A DNA stretch of 64,000 nucleotides from an uncultured Methanomicrobiales archaeon (GTDB lineage Archaea; Halobacteriota; Methanomicrobia; Methanomicrobiales; Methanospirillaceae), in NCBI GenBank assembly GCA_963758915.1, contig CAVWXH010000002.1, positions 64,001 to 128,000 on the forward strand, given 5' to 3'. Shown in pieces: positions 54,125 to 63,535 of this stretch. Position numbers and translations under genes: made by a program. The notes under the pieces were generated by a model, which worked only from the letters and a program-made list of their open reading frames with translations, was not told where the DNA came from and ran no database searches. Position 1 is the first letter of the stretch, and every line of letters begins with the position of its first letter.

Positions 54125-55822
54125 TCAGACCACAAATGATTTTTTTATCAGCCCGTCTTTCATGATGGAGATTTTACCCCCGCTTTGCGAGACCACAAGC
54201 CCGATCGCGTCTGTCATCTGGCTGATCCCGGCCACTGATGAATGCCGTGTGCCGTAACCTTCCGGGATCTTCAGTTTCAGGTTATCGATAATGAAATGTC
54301 GTCCGGACGCTTCAATAAATCCATCTTCCCTGATTACGAATGCCCCGTCCATCATGGCCAGTCCCTTGATAATTTCGGCATTATCGGGATTAGTAATGAG
54401 CCGTCTCTCTCGTTCCTGTCCCGCAAATGAATTAATGGTGCATGCTCTTGAATGGGTCATGACTGAATCAGTATCCCCGATTACGAACGAGGTGCCGATC
54501 CGGTGGGCTTCATGCCCATCCCGGGAGATCTCCACGCAGAGGTGGAACACCGAGTCAAAGACCTCTTCGTTCACCCGTGTACCCTTCAGGACTGAATACT
54601 TCCATGGGTCAGCACGGATCAGCCGTGACTCCCCCGGCCCCTGTCCGGTGATATCCTCGCCAAGACAGAGCATTCCTGATAGTTTTCGCTCCGGGTCAAT
54701 GAGCGGGAGAATTTTCCATGCAACCCAGAACTTCTCCCCCGATTTTTTTGTATTTTCAAAGGCATGAACCGCATAGCCGTCCCGGCAAAAGACCGGGTCG
54801 TTGATCATCGCAATCATCTCTCCTGCATAACGGGAATGTTCCGGGACAATTGTCCCGATCAGGTTCTTTCCGACGACCTCACCTGCACGGTAGCCGAATG
54901 CTTCCGATGCCCGGGTGTTTGCATGGGTAATCGTTCCTGTGTCATCTGTCGTGATAACAATCCCCGGGACCCTGGCGATGACTTCCTCAAATGACCCTGA
55001 ACGTACCCAGTCCGAAGGAAAGACCTGCCCCTCGTCATCGCGTTCCCCGTCCCGGGCACCAGTCCGTTCAACAATCATGAGGTGACCTTTCATCGGGTCG
55101 AAACCATCAAGCCTCCTGACCCTGATCGTGCAGAAAACCCCCTTACCGTCTTTCGTGGCAAGGTTGTGGGATGCACAGTGCCACCCGGCGTCTTTCTTAC
55201 CTCTGAATATGGTGCGTGAAAACTCCATGTACTCCGCGGGTGAACAAAAGAGGTCAGGTAACTCCATCGACCTGGCTGCCCCTTCGGAATAACCGAGGAG
55301 TTCTGCCAGGTGCTGGTTAATTCTGCGTATTTCACGGCCGCAAAACACAGCGATCCCGATCTGGCTCCCATCGAGTACATCGAATATCTCCCTGTTTTCC
55401 CGTTCATGTTCATATGACAGGAAATGTTCCCGGACATACCGGGTAATGTACCTGGATGCAGCAGAATAAAGGTCATCCCTGTCACGGAAACCTGAAAGGT
55501 TATACTCAGTCGAGCAATCCCCGGCTTCCATCACAAGGGTTGCATCCCTGAGATATCCCTGCCGGTTTTTGTGGGTGCCCGGAGGAGTGATATCCACGCA
55601 GAGTAAAGATGCACCGGTTGTTTCCGCGGTATCCCGAACCTTACAGGTGACCTGTTCCCTTCCACAGACCAGGATGAGGTGGTAAGGACGTTCTGTCATT
55701 TTATTTACTGCATGTACCGGAGAAAAAGCCCTTTCAACCTGTATCCCGGGTAAACGGACCAGCGAGGATAACAGCACCTTATGGAACGCCAGGGAATTTT
55801 CGATGAAGAGGACCGATGACAC
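54125..55822 (-). CDS. Diadenylate cyclase (DAC/DisA_N) with pseudo-receiver and two PAS domains
   Basis: EISRDGHE..IGTSFVIGD, MDGAFVI, GYGTRHSS, VVSQSGG; PAS SQIGIAVF and VPGIVITTD. Confidence 0.85.
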   Translation of the reverse strand: MSSVLFIENSLAFHKVLLSSLVRLPGIQVERAFSPVHAVNKMTERPYHLILVCGREQVTCKVRDTAETTGASLLCVDITPPGTHKNRQGYLRDATLVMEAGDCSTEYNLSGFRDRDDLYSAASRYITRYVREHFLSYEHERENREIFDVLDGSQIGIAVFCGREIRRINQHLAELLGYSEGAARSMELPDLFCSPAEYMEFSRTIFRGKKDAGWHCASHNLATKDGKGVFCTIRVRRLDGFDPMKGHLMIVERTGARDGERDDEGQVFPSDWVRSGSFEEVIARVPGIVITTDDTGTITHANTRASEAFGYRAGEVVGKNLIGTIVPEHSRYAGEMIAMINDPVFCRDGYAVHAFENTKKSGEKFWVAWKILPLIDPERKLSGMLCLGEDITGQGPGESRLIRADPWKYSVLKGTRVNEEVFDSVFHLCVEISRDGHEAHRIGTSFVIGDTDSVMTHSRACTINSFAGQERERRLITNPDNAEIIKGLAMMDGAFVIREDGFIEASGRHFIIDNLKLKIPEGYGTRHSSVAGISQMTDAIGLVVSQSGGKISIMKDGLIKKSFVV

Positions 55823-55982
55823 GTTTAGAAATCACAACCTGGGGCTGACACACCCAGATATCTGATAGATTGTCAGACAGATAAAAATGTATTGGATTTA
55901 ACGTGAAATAACGGCAGACAGACGTCGTACAGGTGGCCGATACGGTCCCTGTACCTGCAGCTTCATATACAGGGTTGAACCG

Positions 55983-56243
55983 TTATTCATGGATTTTCTG
56001 GAGGCAACCCCTGCCTTTACCGGTTATGGAAAGGTGCGTTTCGGTAGTTGCCCGTCCTTCGAAGAGGTACCTCCGGATTACCAGCTGGCGAACTCTTGAA
56101 CGGACATCATATTCCCCGTACTCCGGGATCATCCGGGAAACAACATGGCTGATTTTACAGCCCGGAACATCTGAAACTTCCTGTAAAATCCGGAGATAGG
56201 TGGTATCTGCCACGAATTCCTTCTTTTTGAACAATTCACTCAT
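55983..56243 (-). CDS. Small winged-helix-like protein
   Basis: IL..V...PGC.I..V...R.RV..L...YL...L.IT.KG pattern. Confidence 0.5.
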   Translation of the reverse strand: MSELFKKKEFVADTTYLRILQEVSDVPGCKISHVVSRMIPEYGEYDVRSRVRQLVIRRYLFEGRATTETHLSITGKGRGCLQKIHE

Positions 56244-56414
56244 AATTATCATCCCATGGTCTGTTGTTTTAAGGAGAGAATAAAAGAGCAACCTGGTATT
56301 TTATGGTTGTATGAATTTTATCTCTCTCTTTTTCATATTATTACTATTATACTTCAGAGGAGTAATACCTATGTTTAGGAGCCGATATGGCGGGTACTGA
56401 TACAAAGGAAAACT

Positions 56415-56512
56415 GCCCGCTTGATACCCTGTGTGACGTTAACAAAAAACGTAGCGATAAAGACAGCAGAGGGTTTCACCCCTTCCCTGTCACACCTGAG
56501 AAAGATATTTTC
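56415..56512 (+). mobile_element. Left-half MITE fragment
   Basis: TTGATACCCTG...AAGACAGCAGAGGGTTTCACCCCTTCCCTG...AAGATATT. Confidence 0.55.
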
Positions 56513-56738
56513 TCTCCCTTAATTTGTATCGTTATATGAATCAGGTCGTGAATATAGGATTGCCGGGTATCGAATTGGCTTGTTGAAATATAAAACTCCG
56601 CATTACGCCAGAACCATGCAGTTATACGGGCAAACCGAGGAGTAATCTGAAAAAATCTCATTAAATATTATTGCGTTTAAGATTGTGTTGTGCCCGGGAA
56701 ACATCCGGAGCACAACAATGTAGGAGGTAACCGAATTC

Positions 56739-57142
56739 ATGACAAGTAAACGCTGTCAGCAACGATCATCATCAGCCTGGCTTTGCTGATATTGCTGACC
56801 GGAAGCGTCTCAGCCGACGTTGTCCAGGCGGGAAGTTCATTCGATGCCACACTCACCTCGGTCACCACCCACCTCGATGCAAAGATCGTGGGTAATGACC
56901 AGGACTCCCCAGTTGTCCTCAACTATGACATATCAGCACACGGCATTAACAAGCCTGACGGGACCACCGTACCGATGACCGGTTCGGTGACAGCCTATGT
57001 CAGGGCACACATCACGGGTGCTCGCGACGGTTCCGAACGCACCAGCCAGGACCTCACCTATAGCGAAATTACAACAGCCAGCGGCCTGATCACCAGTTTC
57101 CAGAAATCTATCGCCTACAGGGGCGGCAGCTTTCTGGTCTGA
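56739..57142 (+). CDS. Short secreted sheath-protein-like protein; frameshift in the signal peptide
   Basis: AGGAGG RBS and ATG 56739, out of frame by one base near AAA 56748-56750; VVQAGSSFD, PVVLNYDI, AYVRAHI, DLTYSE..TASG.I..F.K.IAY. Confidence 0.65.
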
Positions 57143-57267
57143 AGTTTGGGAACAGGACAGGTAAAATGGAGTATATCTCCACAAACCCTGTTTTTATGTA
57201 ATCTGAAAAGAGACTCTTTTCCTGGCCAGTTTTAGAAGATGTTAAAGACCTAAATAGAAAAAAGGGA

Positions 57268-58545
57268 TTATTTATTAGCCCATTTCAGGGGCAATTTGTC
57301 GATATTATTGGTGGACAGCGTATAGGGCTGGTTGCAGATACCGTTTGTAGCTGGTGTAATCTGTGAGAATCCCTGGCCATTTGGCTGTCCCCAGGAGTTT
57401 CCGCCGGAGTTTGCCCCGCCGGTAATGCTTATCTTGGCCGACTGTGTCAGATTCCATTTGTTCTCCGGAAGACCTGAAACAAGGTTGGCATTCTTGGCAT
57501 TGTAGAAGTAGTTATTGACAATTACGTTATTAGCGGTGTCCCACATCATAATACCATCATCAACATTGTTTCTGATATAGTTACCATATATCGTGTTCCG
57601 GCTATTGCGGATAATTCTTATCCCGGAATCGTTGTTCTTGTCGAATGTATTACTAAACACCATATTGTAGTTTGCATCGTCCATCAGGATGATACCATTA
57701 TAGGTGTTGTTCATCACCGTATTCTGGGTAAACTCATTATCATACGAGTCTTCATAAACCCTGATTCCATGCCAGAGATTGTCCTTTACAGTGTTTTTAG
57801 TGAAGATATTATCGCTTGACCTGTAGATTTCAATACCCTCATTTTTGTTACCGGTCATGGTATTCCCGGTAACAGTGTTGAAATTACCTTGTTCATTGAA
57901 GTGTAATCCTGAACCTATATTATTGAGCAATTTGTTGTTCAGGATATCATTGTTACTCGAGAAACGGATCCTTACGCCGTCATCTCCGTTGGTTGTGACA
58001 GTGTTACCCGTGATCGTATTGGAATTACTGCCATCGTAGAGAAGAATACCAACCGCGCCATTTCCACTCGCCGTGCATGTTTTAATGGTATTCCGTAGGG
58101 AATTTTGAAGTAAAATCCCGTTCCCGGTATTACTTGATACCGTCACCTTCTCGAGCTGGGAACTTTTCACATCTGTCAGGAATACACCAGTACCCCAGTC
58201 AGTAAGGACCACGTTTTTGACTACGACGTTAAAAAGTGTCATCCCTGAATTATAAATCCTGATACCTACACTGCTCGTTCCGTCAACACCATCCACAATT
58301 TTTCCTTTTCCATCTAGCACCACGTTCGGTACAGCGATGATAATCCCGACAGCGGAACCAATGATGTTATTTGCCAGGTAGTAATCTCCGGGCACCGTGA
58401 TTACGACCGGACCGGTGATAGGTGTTGCGGCTGACACAGCACCTGTCATTGCCAAACTTGCAAGAACGATTAAAACCACAATCCATACATATCCCTGGTG
58501 ATTCCCTCCCAAGGGTCTTTTATCAGGATCAATTAAAGAAACCAT
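57268..58545 (-). CDS. Secreted right-handed beta-helix (NosD/CASH-like) protein
   Basis: Signal ...AMTGAVSA, IT.PG.Y.L, ~22-aa GI.L..S..N.I..N repeats, NYF.N..N, GGNSW. Confidence 0.85.
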   Translation of the reverse strand: MVSLIDPDKRPLGGNHQGYVWIVVLIVLASLAMTGAVSAATPITGPVVITVPGDYYLANNIIGSAVGIIIAVPNVVLDGKGKIVDGVDGTSSVGIRIYNSGMTLFNVVVKNVVLTDWGTGVFLTDVKSSQLEKVTVSSNTGNGILLQNSLRNTIKTCTASGNGAVGILLYDGSNSNTITGNTVTTNGDDGVRIRFSSNNDILNNKLLNNIGSGLHFNEQGNFNTVTGNTMTGNKNEGIEIYRSSDNIFTKNTVKDNLWHGIRVYEDSYDNEFTQNTVMNNTYNGIILMDDANYNMVFSNTFDKNNDSGIRIIRNSRNTIYGNYIRNNVDDGIMMWDTANNVIVNNYFYNAKNANLVSGLPENKWNLTQSAKISITGGANSGGNSWGQPNGQGFSQITPATNGICNQPYTLSTNNIDKLPLKWANK

Positions 58546-58802
58546 GAAACTCACCTTTCCCCATGCCTGCATACCCTGCGGTAGAGTCCAGCAAGTATCA
58601 ATTGCGGTCTCCGAATAACCATGGTTATTCCCTCCAACGGATATGCCGCACATGTCACTAGACAAGTTTACAATAAATACGTTTCGAATTCTCTAAAACC
58701 AGGATAAGCGGGATCACAATACCGGATATCATACAGGTCTTTCCCAGCCTGGCCAGACCAAACCTTTTATGTTGAACTTCGCACTATCTTCAACCGGTTG
58801 TT

Positions 58803-59024
58803 ATGATTGTAAATCCCGGCCAGATCATTATCTTCGGACTCCCCCTGTATTTCTACCTGGGAATTGTCACCTTTATTGCACTTATTTCGACCGCTGTGCT
58901 AGGAATGTTATTTGTAAAAGGAAAGTATGGCGTTCAGTTTTCCTGGCATATGAACCTTGCACGGATCACCATTGTCATTGCAATTATTCATGGGGCCCTT
59001 GTTGCCTGGGCATACATGTTCTGA
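58803..59024 (+). CDS. Small two-TM membrane protein with two His
   Basis: FGLPLYFYLGI...WH..LA...AIIH. Confidence 0.65.
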   Translation: MIVNPGQIIIFGLPLYFYLGIVTFIALISTAVLGMLFVKGKYGVQFSWHMNLARITIVIAIIHGALVAWAYMF

Positions 59025-59125
59025 CAACGAGATTTTAGATCTCCCACCCGGACTTTCCCTTCAGGAACTATTTGGTCAGCTGGTGTCATACCCTCGCTGA
59101 CATCGGGCCGTCCCAACCTCTTTTT

Positions 59126-59941
59126 TCAGTATCCTGAGGCATAATAATACCCGTCATCCTTCCGGACGCGGACCGGGACTGAAAACAGGTTGCTGATATT
59201 CCTATCCGTCAGGACTTCGCCTTTCGGGCCGTCCATGCAAAAGTGCCCGTCTTTCATCAGGATGACCCGGGTAATTTCAGGGATAATATCATGGAGGTTA
59301 TGAGTCACGAGAATTATTCCTGTCCCGGCCCCGGATATGTTCCGGCATGTTGTGCGGAAAGTGTGAAGCGCATGTAAATCCAGGCTGTTGGTGGGCTCAT
59401 CGAGGACCAGGGTTTTCGGGTCGTGCACCAGTGCCCTGCCGATCACAACACGACGTGCCTCACCGGATGATATTTCCGTCATTTTTCTCTCTTCCAGGTG
59501 CCGGATCTCCAGGAAATCAAGGATTTCACTTGTTCTTCTCTCCATTTCAGGTGTGACATGGTGGCGGAAGAGACCGATACTGCTGAAAAACCCTGATACT
59601 ACCACTTCCCGGGCGGTCATCTCCCTGGAACATGCAGATACCAGGTCATTGGAAACGATCCCGAACGTGGACCGCAGGTCAAAGACGTCCCATGTGTCCC
59701 TGCCCCTGACACGGAATAGTACTCCCTCCTCCTGTAACAGCGGATAATACTCCCTGGTAATCGTTTTTATGAATGATGATTTCCCGGCACCGTTGGGCCC
59801 CAGAATTGCAATGTTCTCTCCCTCCTCCAGTGTTAAGGAGATTGAATCAAGGATTTTCTTCTTACCGTTCATCACGGTAATATTTTTAAATTCCAGGAGC
59901 GGGATGTTTTTTCGTGTTTGGGTTGTGTCATACGGGGTCAA
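59126..59941 (-). CDS. ABC ATP-binding protein (ModF/YlmA-like)
   Basis: GPNGAGKS, ISSGEARR, VLDEP, VTH. Confidence 0.88.
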   Translation of the reverse strand: MTPYDTTQTRKNIPLLEFKNITVMNGKKKILDSISLTLEEGENIAILGPNGAGKSSFIKTITREYYPLLQEEGVLFRVRGRDTWDVFDLRSTFGIVSNDLVSACSREMTAREVVVSGFFSSIGLFRHHVTPEMERRTSEILDFLEIRHLEERKMTEISSGEARRVVIGRALVHDPKTLVLDEPTNSLDLHALHTFRTTCRNISGAGTGIILVTHNLHDIIPEITRVILMKDGHFCMDGPKGEVLTDRNISNLFSVPVRVRKDDGYYYASGY

Positions 59942-60036
59942 TGGTAATCCTCACCTGCAATATGCTGTCCGCAGCTCGTTACAGGGCCTGAATCGTCAGG
60001 GGTCCCGGGTGAAAAAAGTGGTTACTGCTATCAGGC

Positions 60037-60195
60037 TTATTTTCTTCTTTTGTTTTTCTGGTTGGCAGCAATTTTTTCTTTTGCCGTCAAAGGAGCTACC
60101 TTGTTCCCCGCGACCGGTGCCTCTGCTACCGCTGATTTCCCATCGGCACGTTCAGGCTTTTTACTAGTGCCTTTCTGACTACCCTGGTCTTTCAT
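60037..60195 (-). CDS. 52-aa Lys-rich small protein
   Basis: Not in the ORF track: MKDQGSQKGTSKKPERADGKSAVAEAPVAGNKVAPLTAKEKIAANQKNKRRK*; TTTTTATA upstream. Confidence 0.55.
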   Translation of the reverse strand: MKDQGSQKGTSKKPERADGKSAVAEAPVAGNKVAPLTAKEKIAANQKNKRRK

Positions 60196-60426
60196 GAGGA
60201 ACCATACGATTCAGGAATATAAAAACATTATCTGGAAAGTCCTGATTATACGCGTTTTTAAGAATTGAATTTCACAATGTGCAGCGTTCGTCTAAAATTC
60301 ACCGCACTGGCTCTGCCGGCCCGTGGTAATGTAAGCAACCGGTCCAACCCGAAGTTGCAGCTGTCCTCGTAACAGGACAAAAAAAGTCAGAATGGGATAG
60401 TACCTGATGCTTCAACTAAAATTAAG

Positions 60427-60582
60427 TTAGTGCTTGCCTTTTTTTGTCTTTGCAGCGTTTTTATCTTTCATTGAATTAATTTTTTGTTGGTCCATCGGGT
60501 TCGCAGCTTTCACGGGAGCTGCTGTCGCGGGACTAACCGTTGCCTTATGTCCCTTTGTTTTTTGCTCGCCCTGTTTTTTCAT
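60427..60582 (-). CDS. 51-aa Lys-rich small protein
   Basis: Not in the ORF track: MKKQGEQKTKGHKATVSPATAAPVKAANPMDQQKINSMKDKNAAKTKKGKH*; TATATA upstream. Confidence 0.55.
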   Translation of the reverse strand: MKKQGEQKTKGHKATVSPATAAPVKAANPMDQQKINSMKDKNAAKTKKGKH

Positions 60583-60829
60583 GGCGGTACTACGACAGCA
60601 GGGAGTATATAGATACCCTCACTACCCTGCCAGTATAATTAAGGTTTTTTCCCGGAAACGATTATGAACGGCCGTGTGTCAGTATCTTTGCCTCAACCAG
60701 AACAATGACGGTTATCCAGGCTGGAAAGGGTCCGGGCCGCCAATTACCCTTTTTTGCAAATGATGGTCACCACTATCCGGAAAATGATGATCGTAGGTAT
60801 TTATTTAGATCAATGATGAGCTATCGGTT

Positions 60830-61198
60830 ATGTCCATGGAGCAGAGAGCCCGGCACTGTGGGTTCTACGTAATTCCTGCAGGAGGACTTATCGGCCTTGG
60901 GATAGGGATTATCCTTGGTTACCAGTTTACCGGATTCCTGGCTGGTGTGGGGCTTGGATACCTTGTTTTTACTGCCGGGTCAGGGAATTGTCCGGGGTAC
61001 CAGGACCAGTCCGGAACTCCCGTCCGGTGTCACGGGTCCTACCTTGTCCGGGTGATTATAGGACTTTACATTATTGCCAGCGGTTTTGCAATTATCTGGG
61101 TCCCACGTTCAGAATGGCCAACTATTCTGGCTATATTTTTAGTCCTTACCGGGGTGTGGTTTATCGTCCATGGTTATTACCGGGGCAGGTCATGGTGA
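60830..61198 (+). CDS. Small four-TM membrane protein
   Basis: IPAGGLIGLGIG...G...GVGLG; hydrophobic throughout. Confidence 0.65.
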   Translation: MSMEQRARHCGFYVIPAGGLIGLGIGIILGYQFTGFLAGVGLGYLVFTAGSGNCPGYQDQSGTPVRCHGSYLVRVIIGLYIIASGFAIIWVPRSEWPTILAIFLVLTGVWFIVHGYYRGRSW

Positions 61199-61302
61199 TA
61201 CCCGGGTCCCGTCACAATAACCGGGAAAACAACCCCGGGGATCCTGTTGATTGCTCAACCTGCCCTTCCCCTGGCAGAGAAAATCCGGCAGGGGATTCCC
61301 AA

Positions 61303-61321
61303 TTTATGGATTGTCCATAAA
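61303..61321. promoter_or_regulatory. Palindrome upstream of the RHH-coiled-coil gene
   Basis: TTTATGGA-TTG-TCCATAAA, about 25 nt upstream of TTTTTATAT. Confidence 0.4.
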
Positions 61322-61371
61322 AAGCCCGGTTTCAGACCGGCAGGTTTTTTATATCATCTCTTAATCGTCTA

Positions 61372-62579
61372 ATGTGGAGGGACCACCAGTTGGCGAAGAT
61401 TTCTGCGAAAATAGATACGGCACTTGTTGATGAAATCGATGCAGACAGGAAAGGCAAGGGCCTTAAATTATCTGAATGGGTGGCATTGGCGATTGACAGG
61501 TACCTTCATCCGGAAGAGCCGGATACTGAAGTTATTACAGAAATCAGCCATTTAAAAGAGTTTTCTGCCGAACTCTCTGTTGCACGGGACACGGCCGTTG
61601 CCGAATCCAAAAAGCAGAAAACTACCATCAGCCTCCTCCAGGAGCAGCAGATCCGCCTGGATACCGAGTCTATACCAGTATAAGAGCACCAGCGACCAGC
61701 TCCGGAACGAGCGGGATGCACTGAATGCAGAACTGACCCAGGCCGCAAATAACGCGAAACTCCTCCGGAATGAGAAGGATATCCTGGTCGCCGACTTACA
61801 CCAGTATAAGAGCATCAGCGACCAGCTCCGGAACGAGCGGGATGCACTGAATGCAGAACTGACCCAGGCAGGCAATAACCTCGGCCTGCTCCGGAATGAA
61901 CGTGACCTGCTTGTAGCGGATTTAAGCCAGTATAAGAGCATCAGCGACCAGCTGCGGAACGAGCGCGATGCACTGAACGCCGAACTGACCCGGGCAGGCA
62001 ATAACCTCGGCCTCCTCCGGAATGAACGTGACCTGCTTGTGGCTGACTTAAACCAGTTTAAGGGCGCCAGCGACCAGCTCCGGAAAGACAATGACTGGAT
62101 AAATGCTGAACTTTTAAGGGAGAAATCCGGCATTATAGTTCTCCAGCGTGAACGGGACCTGCTGGTTGCCGACCTGGAACAGCAGAAAAGTATTGCTGAC
62201 CGGAGTCTTTGTGAGCGGGACTCGGTCCTTACTGAACTGGCCGGGCTGAAAAGCAGCTGTGCCGGACTCCGGGCTGAACGGGACCAGTCTTGCTGCAGCT
62301 GTAACCGGGCTTCAAAGTACTGTTGACCACCTCAGGGGTGCCAGGGACCATGCAGAATCTGACCGGAATAAGTTCCTTAATGAGCGTGAAGACCTTGAAA
62401 AGCAAATCCACGAGTTAAAGGTGGAAGCAGAGCTCAGCAAGGCGAAAAACTTTATTATTGACGAATTGCGGAAGGATAAAGAATTTTTACAGGGGGAGTT
62501 CCGGAAAATGAGCGATCGTGCCCCCCTGCAGTTACCACCTCCCCGCGAGTCTTTCTGGAGCTGGATATGGGGTGAATGA
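61372..62579 (+). CDS. RHH-like N-terminus, long repeat coiled coil and Trp-rich C-terminal tail; two +1 frameshifts
   Basis: KISAKID..LVDEID..RK...LSEWVALAIDRYL; joins at T61669 and T62288 restore the repeat register; ends LPPPRESFWSWIWGE. Confidence 0.75.
61675..62090 (+). repeat. 126-bp (42-aa) coding tandem repeat, three copies plus a partial fourth
   Basis: CCAGT(A/T)TAAG unit starts at 61675, 61801, 61927 and 62053. Confidence 0.92.
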
Positions 62580-62924
62580 ACGTGAAAGTGCTATTTTTTT
62601 ATTCAGTCTCCTTCCCGGTCCTTTCAGGGCTGAAATATTTCCGGAATGTAGTACAAAATCCTCCCGTTTTTCTGGCTTTATCAAAATCCTGCGTAGTTAA
62701 AAAAAAGGAAGGAAAATTCGGCTGGTATGAAAAACTCCGGCAAAACAATCTGAAAGGCCACCTTTTTCATGCCCATCTATGAGCCAGAGGCTCATAGCAC
62801 GCTTTGTTGAAAACCCTTCAGCCGGAATTTTTTCACATCCCAGCCCGGGATACTGTTTGAGAGGCATACCCCATTCATGATCCGATGAAAACCCTCATTA
62901 CCCATCAGGTGATCAGGTGTAATT

Positions 62925-63419
62925 GTGGAACTATTCATTCTGAGACACGGGAAAGCAGAAGCCCGGGCAATGGGTATTCATGATGCTGACCGTGCCCTGA
63001 CCGGACAGGGAAGGGAGGAAATTAAGAAAATCGGCCACTGGACGGTAGACATGGGATATACCTTCGACCTGATTGCGACCAGCCCGCTGAAAAGGGCCCG
63101 GGAGACAGCTGAAATAATTGGCTCAACCACAAAACAGGAGCATACCATCCAGGTCTGGGACCTCCTTTCCCCCGGGGGTGACCTCGGGGCCCTGTCACGC
63201 CATATTGCGACGGCTGGTGGGGACCGTTCAGTCCTGATAATCGGGCATGAACCGATGCTCTCGCTTGTTATCAGCCGCATAATTTCCGGGAATGCCACGG
63301 CATCAGTAGTCCTTGCCAAGGGTGCCTTCGCCAGGATAAAAAATGTTACCTTTCATGGAGACCTTTCCGGGGAACTCCACAGTCTCATTACACCAAAACA
63401 GATTTCCCCGGGGACCTGA
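62925..63419 (+). CDS. sixA: Phosphohistidine phosphatase SixA
   Basis: LRHGKAE, D..RALT..G, TSPL.RA.ETA, IGHEP. Confidence 0.9.
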   Translation: MELFILRHGKAEARAMGIHDADRALTGQGREEIKKIGHWTVDMGYTFDLIATSPLKRARETAEIIGSTTKQEHTIQVWDLLSPGGDLGALSRHIATAGGDRSVLIIGHEPMLSLVISRIISGNATASVVLAKGAFARIKNVTFHGDLSGELHSLITPKQISPGT

Positions 63420-63535
63420 TCCCGTGAAACGGGTGTTCTCTCACTACAACAGAAAATCATGGGTTCCGTTCCGGAAGTAGTACATAATATACCTTTTTAA
63501 TGGAAAAAAAGAAAGAGCCTGTGGGATTGTCATTG

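Noticed and set aside
23764-55822. Direct link between the MBL hydrolase and the diadenylate cyclase as a c-di-AMP on/off pair
   Set aside because: They are about 29 kb apart and nothing in the sequence indicates the MBL substrate.
34391-55877. Shared CTGATA...TGTCAG palindrome upstream of DUF134 (34391) and the DAC gene (55862)
   Set aside because: Different spacer lengths and only two instances; could be chance.
61675-62090. CRISPR array
   Set aside because: Contiguous 126-bp in-frame coding repeats without unique spacers.
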